This document shows, piece after piece, positions 29,624-39,700 of a stretch of 64,000 nucleotides of DNA (its first letter is position 1; every line of letters begins with the position of its first letter). The stretch is from an uncultured archaeon (GTDB taxonomy: Archaea > Asgardarchaeota > Heimdallarchaeia > Heimdallarchaeales > Kariarchaeaceae), in contig CAZYCQ010000001.1 of assembly GCA_964645535.1 (NCBI GenBank), positions 60,245-124,244 of the forward strand. The letters are read 5' to 3'. Made by a program: the position numbers and the translations under genes. The notes under the pieces are model-generated. The model was given only the letters and a program-made list of their open reading frames with translations, made no database searches and was not told the DNA's origin.

Positions 29624-30600
29624 AGGACATAGGTTGTCAGACCTGCGGCAAATGGAGTTCCCACGGCAGATGCCGCGATCCTTCCGACAGTCCGCTTATT
29701 CACGGTGCTTCTATTTGCAATCGCAACTCCAAGGAAAGAAGATACAAGAACGTGAGTTCCTGAAATGGGAATCCCCAGACTTGCAGAACCGGTGGTCACA
29801 ATTGCCGTGGCCACCTGAACTGCAACTGCCGTAGTCGGACTCAGTTCGACAATATCATTCCCCAAGGTAATGAGAACACGTCGTCCAATAATTATCAATC
29901 CAATTGCCATAAAACTCCCACCTAGAACGAGAGGAATACGTACAAAAAGACTGTCTTCTGTTCCGGCAAGAGACTGGAAAAGCGGGAGTAAAGGAGCAAC
30001 TGCATTGGAGACGTCATTTGCACCTCTTGAAAAAGCGGTAATGCACACGGCTATCAGGAGACCATTCGCAAAAATCATTTCCAAACGGTCGACATCATCA
30101 AGACCTTTGATATAAGCCCGTTTCAACCTTAAAATCAGCTTCATGATTATGAAGGATCCAATAAAACCCAAAATAGGGGAAAGAATCCATGACAAGACTA
30201 TTTTGGTGACCACAGAAATCTGAAGTGCATCACTCCGCCCAAGAATTAAAGACATGGCAATCGTGCTCCCTACCATCGTATGTGTGGTAGAAAGTGGAAG
30301 CCCTTTCAAAGAACCCACAATCAGTAAACTTGCCACAGACAGAAGAATCACCAAAACCTGTAAAGTCGTGTACTCAGTTTCCGTCAGATCAGAGCCCACT
30401 GTTTTCGCAACTTTGAACCCTAAGGTTGATGCACCCAATATAACAATGACACCGCCCAAAAAGACCGCCTGATTCACGGAAAGACGTTTTGAACCGATGG
30501 CAGGAGCGAACGTCTCGTCATTTGCACCAATTGCTATTGCAAGCAACATAGATATTGAAGTCAGCAGGATTAGGAAACTCTCCATTTTGCTTTCTCCCAA
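29587..30600 (-). CDS. pit: Inorganic phosphate transporter, PiT family.
   Basis: Signature GANDVSNAVAP (second half of the protein) and its N-terminal counterpart GANDETFAPA. About 10 TM helices. Confidence 0.9.
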   Translation of the reverse strand: MGESKMESFLILLTSISMLLAIAIGANDETFAPAIGSKRLSVNQAVFLGGVIVILGASTLGFKVAKTVGSDLTETEYTTLQVLVILLSVASLLIVGSLKGLPLSTTHTMVGSTIAMSLILGRSDALQISVVTKIVLSWILSPILGFIGSFIIMKLILRLKRAYIKGLDDVDRLEMIFANGLLIAVCITAFSRGANDVSNAVAPLLPLFQSLAGTEDSLFVRIPLVLGGSFMAIGLIIIGRRVLITLGNDIVELSPTTAVAVQVATAIVTTGSASLGIPISGTHVLVSSFLGVAIANRSTVNKRTVGRIAASAVGTPFAAGLTTYVLWKLVEFGGIAI

Positions 30601-31177
30601 AAAAACCCAAGAATAATAAATCCATCGGGTTAAGCCCGTAAAATTGGTTTATCTGATTTGGAAAAAAATAGGGAAGAACGGGAATAGTTCAGACAAGCAA
30701 GTCAAGGGTTCTGGATGCAAAACAGCGGTTCATCCAGTGGATCTCAAACTGAGAACAAATCTGCATTTAATTCCTTCAACTGCATTTTTTTTGGTCTGTG
30801 CATAGATTCCCAATGTACCTACCCATTGCCAGATTCAATATCAATAATTCTTATACCTATTTTTGCAAATTTTTTACCATTCCAGAAATCCATAAGCATT
30901 TCTATTAAATAGAATAAAACATCCTTTCCGTCTAATCTTGTTGGTTTTCTTACCAACTTTTCCTTTTTCATATAGCTGATGAGTGCTCTTATACCTACCT
31001 CACTTTTTCCAAACCATTTTCGGGAAGGTTTCAAGGAGATTGATTGCAAAAGGAACTTTGTTGTCTTCTTTGTGTTAATTTAACTATCTAGACCCCAAAT
31101 TAAAAGCTGATAGAAAGATTTGTCGTATAGCAGCCACTATACGCGAAATAAACGGGAGATTAATCATATCTCTTCGC

Positions 31178-31498
31178 CTATTTCATATATACTCCAATCA
31201 ACAGAAGTAAGGATCCCAAAATTGCAAGCAGATTTCCTGCGACCAATGCAAGGACAAGCAGTACAATTCCCAATAGTGTCAAGTCATTTATTTTGATCTT
31301 CCTTATGCCAATGAGAACAATAAGTAGATTAACTCCGAGATTGATTATCGTTCCCACTATTCCCTCATTTCCAAAAAATCCTCTTGAATTACTGAAGCCA
31401 ACTGACAGTGACAATGTCTGTAGAACAATTTCAAGAATGGAAAGCACGCCACCTATAATTGCAATGATCCTACCGATTTCAACAACTTGCCTGTTCAT
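31178..31498 (-). CDS. Small membrane protein of 106 aa with three TM helices.
   Basis: Entirely hydrophobic helices. There are no overlapping alternatives in other frames. Confidence 0.45.
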   Translation of the reverse strand: MNRQVVEIGRIIAIIGGVLSILEIVLQTLSLSVGFSNSRGFFGNEGIVGTIINLGVNLLIVLIGIRKIKINDLTLLGIVLLVLALVAGNLLAILGSLLLLIGVYMK

Positions 31499-31562
31499 GG
31501 CTCACTGATTGATTGGCAGTTAAACTATTTTCCTTTTCCTTCTGGATCATCATGATTTTGCT

Positions 31563-32033
31563 TCATGCATTTTGAAGTGTGATGGAATAGGCTGATCCGT
31601 TCCATTGGTAGAATATTGAAGGAGCAACGGAATTTCCATTGATCGTTCCTGAAAATGCGATTTCTGAAGTGTTGAACCCTAGGAGGTAGGTGGTGACAAT
31701 CGTCTCTGAAATGGGGTCAATTCCTGAAAGCACTGCGAAATCATTTTCTGAAGTGGCGTTGATCTGGTAGTTCTTGTTTGCTATTTCATTGGGTAGGTTG
31801 AGCACAATCGAGAGGCTAAAGGATGAAGTTGAAGGATTGCCACGTAAGGCATCCCCTCGTTCGATCAGATCCAATATTTTTGCCCCTATGTCTGCAAGGG
31901 TTTCAGAAAGATTTGCTTCCAACACATTATCTTCGGCCCTATTTTGGAAATTGTTTAGGGTTAATGCAAAAGCGCCAAAAGCCAGCATTCCCAATAACAG
32001 GAGGCTTTGATACATGACAGTTTCATCAGCCAT
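31563..32033 (-). CDS. Secreted or anchored hypothetical protein with an N-terminal signal or TM segment.
   Basis: After the internal Met (MADETVMYQSLLLLGMLAFGAFALTL) there is a hydrophobic h-region followed by a polar domain. The upstream part of the annotated ORF is probably not coding. Confidence 0.45.
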   Translation of the reverse strand: MADETVMYQSLLLLGMLAFGAFALTLNNFQNRAEDNVLEANLSETLADIGAKILDLIERGDALRGNPSTSSFSLSIVLNLPNEIANKNYQINATSENDFAVLSGIDPISETIVTTYLLGFNTSEIAFSGTINGNSVAPSIFYQWNGSAYSITLQNA

Positions 32034-32097
32034 CTCAAAATATACACAGAATTTCTCATTTAATAATTTGATCGATGAATGAAGGTGAAAAGAACAT

Positions 32098-33024
32098 TCA
32101 ATCCCGGATTTGTGTACCTTCCACCAATTTTCGGATATGATTGAGAATTGCATATTTGACACCGATTAATGCCTCTTCGGAAAGGGCGTCTGCGTCTGGC
32201 AGGATGTTCTTCAATTTGGGGATCACATCCATCATTTCAGGAATGGGGGGAAAGAATGAAAGGTAATAGCTTGGAACAAAGATGCACAGCTGAAAATACC
32301 CGACACGAATTCGGTCATCGGTTGCTTTAGGATCATCAAGCCGGAAACTGAAAACAAGAACCACGTGCGATTTGGCGGAACCTGCTGGAAGGATATAAAC
32401 GGATTCATGATATGTATGTCCCTGTCCGGTCAGGATCAGGTATTCAATAGCCAGTTTATCCAGAAAATGATTGATAGGAATATCCACATCCAGATTGGGA
32501 ATTTCATGGAAATCCTTCATCAAGACTGCCGGACCTTCACTTTTCAGCTGGAACAGGGCTGCAGGGAAGTTGTCAGGAAAGAAGATCTCATCTAGAGCCT
32601 TTTGTTTGAATCGATATTGTTCAATTTTTGAAACAGCATTTTCAATAACTTGGGCAAAATCCGCCAAGAAAAACCGTCCTTTATAGACCAAATGGTCGGC
32701 TCCGTATTCAAGCCATTTCAGAGTTTGCCTGATATTGTTGTCGTCTACAAGTATTATTATTCGCATGGAAGGGAAGCTGTTCTTTATTTCCATACCGAAT
32801 TTCTTGAAGTCGAATCTTTCTTTTCCCAAATCCATTATCAAAAGGTTCGGCCGGTATTGGGTTAAAAGAGAAATGGGATCAACGAAATCCCGCAGTGGAA
32901 TTGTGGTGATCTTGGTTTTGTAGCGTTCTGCAAGGGAATCTGAAATAATTGTCTTGATGGGGATTCTTCCCTCCTCTGCTCCGTCAATCAGCATAAATGA
33001 GAGTTCGGACTTTTCTGAGATCAT
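32098..33024 (-). CDS. Response-regulator receiver (REC) domain protein with an uncharacterised C-terminal domain.
   Basis: Phospho-acceptor region PNLLIMDLG, then RIIILVDD and GADHLVYKGRF (classic GAdDYlvKPf). Confidence 0.55.
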   Translation of the reverse strand: MISEKSELSFMLIDGAEEGRIPIKTIISDSLAERYKTKITTIPLRDFVDPISLLTQYRPNLLIMDLGKERFDFKKFGMEIKNSFPSMRIIILVDDNNIRQTLKWLEYGADHLVYKGRFFLADFAQVIENAVSKIEQYRFKQKALDEIFFPDNFPAALFQLKSEGPAVLMKDFHEIPNLDVDIPINHFLDKLAIEYLILTGQGHTYHESVYILPAGSAKSHVVLVFSFRLDDPKATDDRIRVGYFQLCIFVPSYYLSFFPPIPEMMDVIPKLKNILPDADALSEEALIGVKYAILNHIRKLVEGTQIRD

Positions 33025-33143
33025 GTGGATTGAAAAAACCTCTATTTACTATTAGATTCGTATCTTTTAAGAATAAAAGCATTTTTGTTATTTGTCTCCG
33101 CTAGAGATAAAATGAGAAGGTCTCCACAACAATTAGGCTTTTA

Positions 33144-33803
33144 TTGGCAGACTTGTTCTTTCTGATTGTGGTGGACTTTGACATCATCGAACCTGAAGGG
33201 GAGGTTCCATATAAGGTCGGACTGGATCTTCAAATGGAGTGTTGGAAGGAAGTTCAAGAAGGCGGAAAAAGTAAAGTAATCTTTCTTGAACATTCCCCTA
33301 CAATTACGCTTGGAAGAAGAACGAAACAGTCACATCTTTTCCATACGATTGATGAATACAGGGAAATGGGGATTGAAGTCGTGAAGGTGGATCGAGGCGG
33401 TTCAGTCACCTATCATGGCCCCGGACAACTTGTCGGGTATATCATCACAAAAGTCTCCAAACATGGAGGAACTCACAACCTAGTCACAAAGACAATGGCG
33501 CTTCTTGAAAAGGCAATCCACGATTTGGGCATCCAATGCAGAAAAAACAATGAATTTCCGGGAATTTGGACAGAAACCAAACCCATGAAGAAATTGGCGG
33601 CAATTGGAATGCAGATTAAATCAGGAGTTTCTCTTCATGGGTTCGCAGTTAACGTTGATCTTGACCTTGAACCATTTACCAAAATTCTTCCTTGCGGTTT
33701 ACCTGAACCAGTGTCGACACTGAGCATTGAATTGGGTAGGAAGGTGAGGGTACAAGAAACAAAATACAAAATCTCCATGCTTCTACCGGATTTCCTCTTT
33801 TAA
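33144..33803 (+). CDS. lipB: Octanoyltransferase LipB (lipoyl(octanoyl) transferase).
   Basis: Motifs LEHSPTITLGRR, RGGSVTYHGPGQLVGY, the lysine region KKLAAIGMQIK and the catalytic Cys region LPCGL. Confidence 0.8.
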   Translation: MADLFFLIVVDFDIIEPEGEVPYKVGLDLQMECWKEVQEGGKSKVIFLEHSPTITLGRRTKQSHLFHTIDEYREMGIEVVKVDRGGSVTYHGPGQLVGYIITKVSKHGGTHNLVTKTMALLEKAIHDLGIQCRKNNEFPGIWTETKPMKKLAAIGMQIKSGVSLHGFAVNVDLDLEPFTKILPCGLPEPVSTLSIELGRKVRVQETKYKISMLLPDFLF

Positions 33804-35482
33804 AGCAGGTCTTGTTCAGAGCCAGGGTTCTGAAGCATCATTTTACGTAAAAGGCTTATTGGTGGACTACCATAGCTGAGAAGTGAATCATGGAAAGTTT
33901 TCAGATTGAATTCTCCGCCTTTTTCTTGTTCATAATCCCTTCTCAATTTTTTGATTAGAAGTTTGCCAAGTGTATAATTAAGATACATAGGATTGACAGT
34001 CCCTCTTGAAGCTTCAACCATGGCCGCCGGTTCAGTCATGAAAGCCTTTTCCATGAACAGTTGCTTGGCTTCCTGTACTGTCATTCCTTTTGTATGCATT
34101 TTGATTGCCGCTACGTAACGGCAGTTGCGGATCAAAGCACCCAGAAGTTGACCGACATGCAACTTTGTCCTGTCAAATGGATCATATCCTTCTTCATAGA
34201 CCATTTCCTCAGTATAATGAGCATATCCCTCTATCATTGTGACAGATCTGGCGAACATCTTGATCAAGTCAGATTCTGCAGATCGATTGTAGAGAAGTTG
34301 TAGGTAATGACCTGGCCAAACTTCATGGATAGTGACCATCTCCAAAAACGCATGGGAAAAAAACCTGAGAAAATCCTTTCGTTTTTCCTCAGGCCATGCC
34401 GGATCAGGGGGTGTCACCCAATAGTACGCTTCAGAGGCTTCATCCTTTTCGAAGGGACCTGGTGTTGACATAGCGGCAAATGCAAAGCCTCGGGCAAATT
34501 TTGGAGTCGGAACAACATTGCATTGCTGTGTTGTGGGCAATGTCACGATATCCTTTTTGATCAGAAAATCTCGAGTGCGGTCAAGTGATTTTAACACAGT
34601 CGGAATCAAGTCCTCTTCAGAAGGATGATCGTTTTGCACAGCATGAATGTAATCAGCCCCCCTTTCGTCCAATATTTTCTTCATTTCGTAATAATTGCTC
34701 TCTAAATCTTCTTCACCCACTTTTAGAAGGTAATCAAGATCCAAATTGATCGATTCTGTCTTACTTAGCAGTTTTGAGAATTTCTCGGCACCCATAGCAA
34801 AGTCATCATGAGATTTAGGTAGGTAGTCTTTTGCCAAGCTGTCGAAAAATTCGGATAATGCCCCTACTGCACGGATGTTGGCTTCTGACCATTCTTGGAT
34901 AAGGTCTTCATCATCTGCTTGAACTATGAAGGAGATGAGATTATCTTTAAGAAAAGTCATAACTCCTTTAAGAAATTGCATTGCCATGTTTAGTTTTGCG
35001 GAAGGCAAGGATTGTTTCAGGTTTTCTTTTGCAGTCATCAGATATCGGGGGATCTGTTTTTCCATGGAAATGATTGACCTGATTCTATTTTCGACGGTAT
35101 CAAAAGATCTGGCAACGTACGAAGTTTCAATCATCGTCAACGGAAAAATATAGATCAACGGATTTTCCTCAAACTCTCTGTGCTCGGTGAGATAGAACAG
35201 TTCTTCCTCTAGTCTCATTCGAACCAGTTCAAGTTCAAATTCTTCAAATTTATTTTTGAAAGGAAGCCGACTTACATATTCTATGTCATTCTTTAGTTCT
35301 TCAACCCTTTTTTCGATCCTTTCTTTAGAATAATCTGGAAGAAAGCCATCATATTCATGAATGCCTAGGGAGTGAGCTGTTGAAGGATTGGCAGATAGCC
35401 ACCGTTGAACTACACCATGAAGATCCTTCCGTATTGAAAAATCCATAGGATGTCTTCCTGTAGTAGTTCTTAAATTTTTCAT
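33800..35482 (-). CDS. DUF885-family protein (putative metallopeptidase-like).
   Basis: Motif HEVWPGHYLQ (HE..PGHhlQ). The 560-aa size is typical. Confidence 0.7.
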   Translation of the reverse strand: MKNLRTTTGRHPMDFSIRKDLHGVVQRWLSANPSTAHSLGIHEYDGFLPDYSKERIEKRVEELKNDIEYVSRLPFKNKFEEFELELVRMRLEEELFYLTEHREFEENPLIYIFPLTMIETSYVARSFDTVENRIRSIISMEKQIPRYLMTAKENLKQSLPSAKLNMAMQFLKGVMTFLKDNLISFIVQADDEDLIQEWSEANIRAVGALSEFFDSLAKDYLPKSHDDFAMGAEKFSKLLSKTESINLDLDYLLKVGEEDLESNYYEMKKILDERGADYIHAVQNDHPSEEDLIPTVLKSLDRTRDFLIKKDIVTLPTTQQCNVVPTPKFARGFAFAAMSTPGPFEKDEASEAYYWVTPPDPAWPEEKRKDFLRFFSHAFLEMVTIHEVWPGHYLQLLYNRSAESDLIKMFARSVTMIEGYAHYTEEMVYEEGYDPFDRTKLHVGQLLGALIRNCRYVAAIKMHTKGMTVQEAKQLFMEKAFMTEPAAMVEASRGTVNPMYLNYTLGKLLIKKLRRDYEQEKGGEFNLKTFHDSLLSYGSPPISLLRKMMLQNPGSEQDLL

Positions 35483-35566
35483 ATTTCGGTGGGCAAGAAT
35501 GTTCCATAAACTTCCTTATATAATAGCTAGGTAATTAATATTAGAGAACAGAAAAGGAGGATCAAA

Positions 35567-36751
35567 ATGAAACTAAAAACCAATTACCTTTTTGTTCTGC
35601 TAATTATTGCAGGATTGATTTTTGCCGCGGTTCCTTCAAAGCAGGTGCTTGCGGATGAAAATGACACAGATCATACTGAAACATCAGATGACCACTCAGA
35701 TGATCATTCAGATGACCACTCAGATGATCATTCAGATGACCACACTGATGACCACTCAACCGAAACGGAACACGAAACTGATACAAAGGAAAATGAAACC
35801 GAGGATCACTTTGAAGAAAAGAGTCAAGCGTTCGAAAGAGAGCATAAAATTGAGAAAGGAAATGAAGAATTTAAGTTGGAATCAGAAGCGAAAGCCGGAT
35901 CTCAAAAAGATAAGATTGAAATTGAATTCAAGGCAGGAGGCAATGACGAGCTTGAATTTGATTTTAAATATTCAACCAAAATTGACGAGAATAAAACCAA
36001 GCTTCGTTTCCGTTTCAAGATTGACAAAATAATCGAATTCGTCGAAAATGGGACTGAACCAGGATATCAACCAGGAGAGGAGGTTCAGGAGGTTCGACTC
36101 GGAGATATCGGTTGGAAGAACCTTGCCTATACCACGGAAAACCAAATTGAGGTCATTACCGCCGAAACTATGGACGGAATGTTCAAACTGGTTATCAGGT
36201 ATTCACCAACAATCATCAATGAGAGAAACTTTACCCTGACCCCCAATTCTCTCAAATTTGACATCATTATTACCAACTTCCAATATCAGGAGACAGGAAG
36301 CCAACTTGCGGTTGAAACCAAATTGAAGACCGTCGCCAAACTTGAATACAAGACCCAATCTTTTGAGGAAGAAAATGGTTTCGGTGAACATGAACAAGAA
36401 ATGGCACTTGAAGCTGGAGAATACAGAGGATACTTTTCATGGGCTGAAATTGCAGAAGCTGATGGACAGGTGGTAGCAGTCATCCCCTCTGAAACTTTTG
36501 ATGCATCAGATGAAGAAGATGATCTTGATGTTGGAGAGACAGCTTCGAAGATGTTTTTTGCCTTTAATGCGACCAATCCGGACGTAATAGTTTGGGATCC
36601 AAAAATCGGAGTGGTCAGCGTATCTGCCATGGAGGCACTTTCCCAGTTGCTAGGCAGCAATTCTCCGGACTTGGCATTGCCGATCAACTTTTGGGTAATT
36701 GTATTTGCATTCTCTTCGATAGCATTAATTACAAGAAGATTTAGAAAATAG
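35567..36751 (+). CDS. Secreted acidic His/Asp-repeat protein with a C-terminal TM plus basic tail.
   Basis: Signal peptide MKLKTNYLFVLLIIAGLIFAAVPS. Six SDDH repeat units. Glu/Lys-rich. The C-terminus is ...FWVIVFAFSSIALITRRFRK. Confidence 0.7.
   Translation: MKLKTNYLFVLLIIAGLIFAAVPSKQVLADENDTDHTETSDDHSDDHSDDHSDDHSDDHTDDHSTETEHETDTKENETEDHFEEKSQAFEREHKIEKGNEEFKLESEAKAGSQKDKIEIEFKAGGNDELEFDFKYSTKIDENKTKLRFRFKIDKIIEFVENGTEPGYQPGEEVQEVRLGDIGWKNLAYTTENQIEVITAETMDGMFKLVIRYSPTIINERNFTLTPNSLKFDIIITNFQYQETGSQLAVETKLKTVAKLEYKTQSFEEENGFGEHEQEMALEAGEYRGYFSWAEIAEADGQVVAVIPSETFDASDEEDDLDVGETASKMFFAFNATNPDVIVWDPKIGVVSVSAMEALSQLLGSNSPDLALPINFWVIVFAFSSIALITRRFRK
35687..35758 (+). repeat. In-frame 12-nt tandem repeat (gatgaccactca/gatgatcattca, 6 units) encoding (SDDH)x6.
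   Basis: Directly visible in the sequence. Confidence 0.9.
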
Positions 36752-36752
36752 A

Positions 36753-39700
36753 TTAAACTTTGATTTTACCCTCTTCCTTAACGTAATACACAGGCGGTTT
36801 AGCACGAATCCGACATTCTTCAAGAAATTCAAGTAAAGCCGGGTCTTTTTCTTGACGTTTTTGTGAACGTTCAATGGCTTTGCGAACCCGATCAGCAATT
36901 CGATGCCGTGGAATTGCTTCAGCAATTAATGTCATAGTCTCGTATGCATCCCGTCGGATTGAGGCGGATGAATGGTTAGCACCTTTCAAGGCCACCGTGA
37001 CCATTTTGTTGAGCCCTTTCTCGATATTGCCAGGGATGGATTTCATTTTTGAAACTCGTTCCATTGTTTGCTTGAGAACTTGTTTTGCTACGTTTCTTGT
37101 AGCCATTTCTTCATCTGTCACAAGATTGGGAAGCAGGATCAAAGCCTCATCAACTAGAGTAAGATCCCGTTCTACGAGATTTCCAAGCAATAGAGCACCA
37201 GTCTGTCTGTTTCTGATATTTTTTGATTTGACCAGCTTTTTGCTTACGCCTAGGAACTCTTTTGCCAAATCTTTTTTCCGTTCAAGTAATAATTCCACTG
37301 CATCCAAAGCTGTTTCGGAAACACGACCATCAGCGTCTTTCAACGCCATGGTCATTCTTCGTATCAACTCATTTTGGAAAGCATGGGAATGAAGGCCGAT
37401 TCTAAATGAGGCATGATAGGCAGAATTCCTGACATTCCAGTCCTGTGAATTGGTATAGGGATTCAATAAATCTAGGATCTCTTGAGCTAGCGTATTGTTC
37501 CTAATTCCAATTTCACCAAGAATTTTTAGGCATTTTTCAAGGATTTCACCGGAAGAGGAATTAAGTATGTCAGAAACCAATCGGTAAATGGGACGAGCCA
37601 TTTCAGAATGCATTGAGGTCAATTGGAAGAGTAAGTCAAGAGTGGCGGATTTAACCTGTTCGTTTTGATTTTCGACCAAATTTTCTGCTATGAAAAACAG
37701 GTCTTCAGCCAATACGTTTTGGTTATCTGCAAGATAGGTTAAGGCACGAATAATATGCAGTATTACCTCAACATCTTTGTTTTTCTTAAGTACGAGGGAG
37801 AGTAAATTAAAGCACTCCATGTCAAATCGATCTTCCTTTTTCACGATTTCAGCAATCAATTCCACAGTTGCAATCAATTGATCACGTGATTGCATCAATT
37901 CATCAAAGGATGATTTTATGAGATTGAATATCTGGTCTGATTCAACAGTATCGTTTCGAATTGAAAATCTCAATCCTTTTAAAGCATATAGCCGGATATC
38001 CTTATCCTCAGATGAAAAAATGCTGAGAAGGTGCTGGGTGATCGTTTCAATTGTATTGCTTTGAAATGATGCCATATTGGAAAGGATTTTTGCAGAATTT
38101 CGTCGAGTCGTCAAATCCGGATTTTCAAGTTCATTGACCACTAAACCCAGAAGTTCCTCTGTCAAGGAAGGTCTTGCCCTTAAAATTTGCCGCAATGCCT
38201 CAATTATCTGTTCATCCTGTTCTTGTGTGGTATCTTCTTGATGAAGTTGAGTGATAAGTGAGGAAATCAAGAGAGAACCGATTTCATGGCTTTTTCTTGA
38301 TATTTGATGGATAAAATTGAGAACCTGTTCCTGTATCCCGCCAGTTCGTCTTGTAACTGTCCGGATGACCAAGGCAATTATTGCCCCCCTTAGTGACGGA
38401 ACATCATCAATTAATACTTGTAAGGTTCTATTAGCTTCCCAAGAAACAGAAACATCGGGATCGTACAGTTTGCTAATGATAAGAAGAAGCATTTCCATAA
38501 TTCGGTCATCAGAAAAGAGTTTGGCATAGTATTTGAGAGCCCTAGTGGCAAAAATTTTGACACCAACCGATTCATCTTCCAAAGCATTGAGAAGCATCAT
38601 ATAGTAATCCTCATCCGGTTGATCTAGGTTGACAATAATTGAAAGCAAGGCTTTTGATGCCGCCACCCGAACTGGTTCCTTTGGGGAATTCAAGGTTTCA
38701 TGTAGGATCTCCTTGAAAAGGTTATGAGATTCGTTGTCTTCGGAGACTTGCTCTCTTGCCAAGTCAAGGAGAGCAACCAATGCCTTTTCAGAATGAATCT
38801 TATGGTAGAACTCTACCCAACCCGAAATATCTTCGTAATATTCAGGGATTTGCCATACAAGCCTCCTTTCAACAGACCCGGGAGGGTTAAGGATCACGAT
38901 CGTTGAGGAAACAAGAAGGATGAAGTTTTGCAGGATCAGAAAAAGAAGAACCAATCTAGGATGGCGATTTACACCAAAAGCGCCTAAAACATTGATATTT
39001 TGAATTTCAGGGGATAGGCTGGCGTATACTTCGAGAATGCTCGCCAATACCACACCCATCAACACAAAAACAGGAAGGAATAGGCTCAAGGTGGAAATTT
39101 TGAAGCCACTTTCATTCCATACCGCGAGCATTTCCTTTAATGCACCACGTCCCTTGTTTAAAATTGAAAGGGTAAAGATTGCACCAACACTAAAAGAAGC
39201 CACAGCAGTTCCTTTTTGGGAAATGGTGACAATATCCAAGACATTTTCTATAACAAAAAAGAGAGTTGTCAACAACGCTTGAATTGCGAAAAGAACAAGC
39301 AATGCCCGCCCCAATTCAACTTCTGGAATCAGCCGGAATGACCCGTCAGGATCCCTGAATTTGAGTTTTGGCCACCCCAATCTGAAAAAATCTTTCCAAA
39401 AACGTCCTTTTCGAACAAGTTTCAGTGTGAGCAAATCTTCACCAAGTCCGGAACCAGCCAATGCCCCAAGGTTAGCCATAGGCAGAACAAGAGCCCACAA
39501 AAGGATTGCGGTTATGAAAGACGTGTGCAAAAATTGAATCAAAAGAAAAATAGGTAAAATGTAAAGGCCAAGATAAGCAACCAATGTGGCGAGAATTCGT
39601 GATTTTAATTTCTGTGCAAGATCTTCCATTAGTTCCTCAATAATGAATTCAGCAGGAATTGCAGATTCCTCACCCATTTCAGAAAGGCTGTAAAATTCAA

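Noticed and set aside
30819-31049. 76-aa ORF 2 kb from the tRNA, considered as a possible integrase or transposase remnant marking an integrated element.
   Set aside because: No R-H-R-Y or DDE catalytic residues or known IS termini were recognised. No direct repeat of the tRNA 3' end was found nearby. Too short and unsupported.
35687-35758. Regular 12-nt tandem repeat checked as a possible CRISPR or minisatellite.
   Set aside because: Units are contiguous with no spacers, in frame, inside a signal-peptide-bearing ORF. It is a coding (SDDH)n repeat, not a CRISPR.
36874-37392. 172-aa plus-strand ORF inside the HEAT-repeat giant gene.
   Set aside because: It is antisense to a 1107-aa ORF that has coherent TM and HEAT architecture. 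It is low-complexity and Ser/Arg-rich, as expected for an antisense frame.
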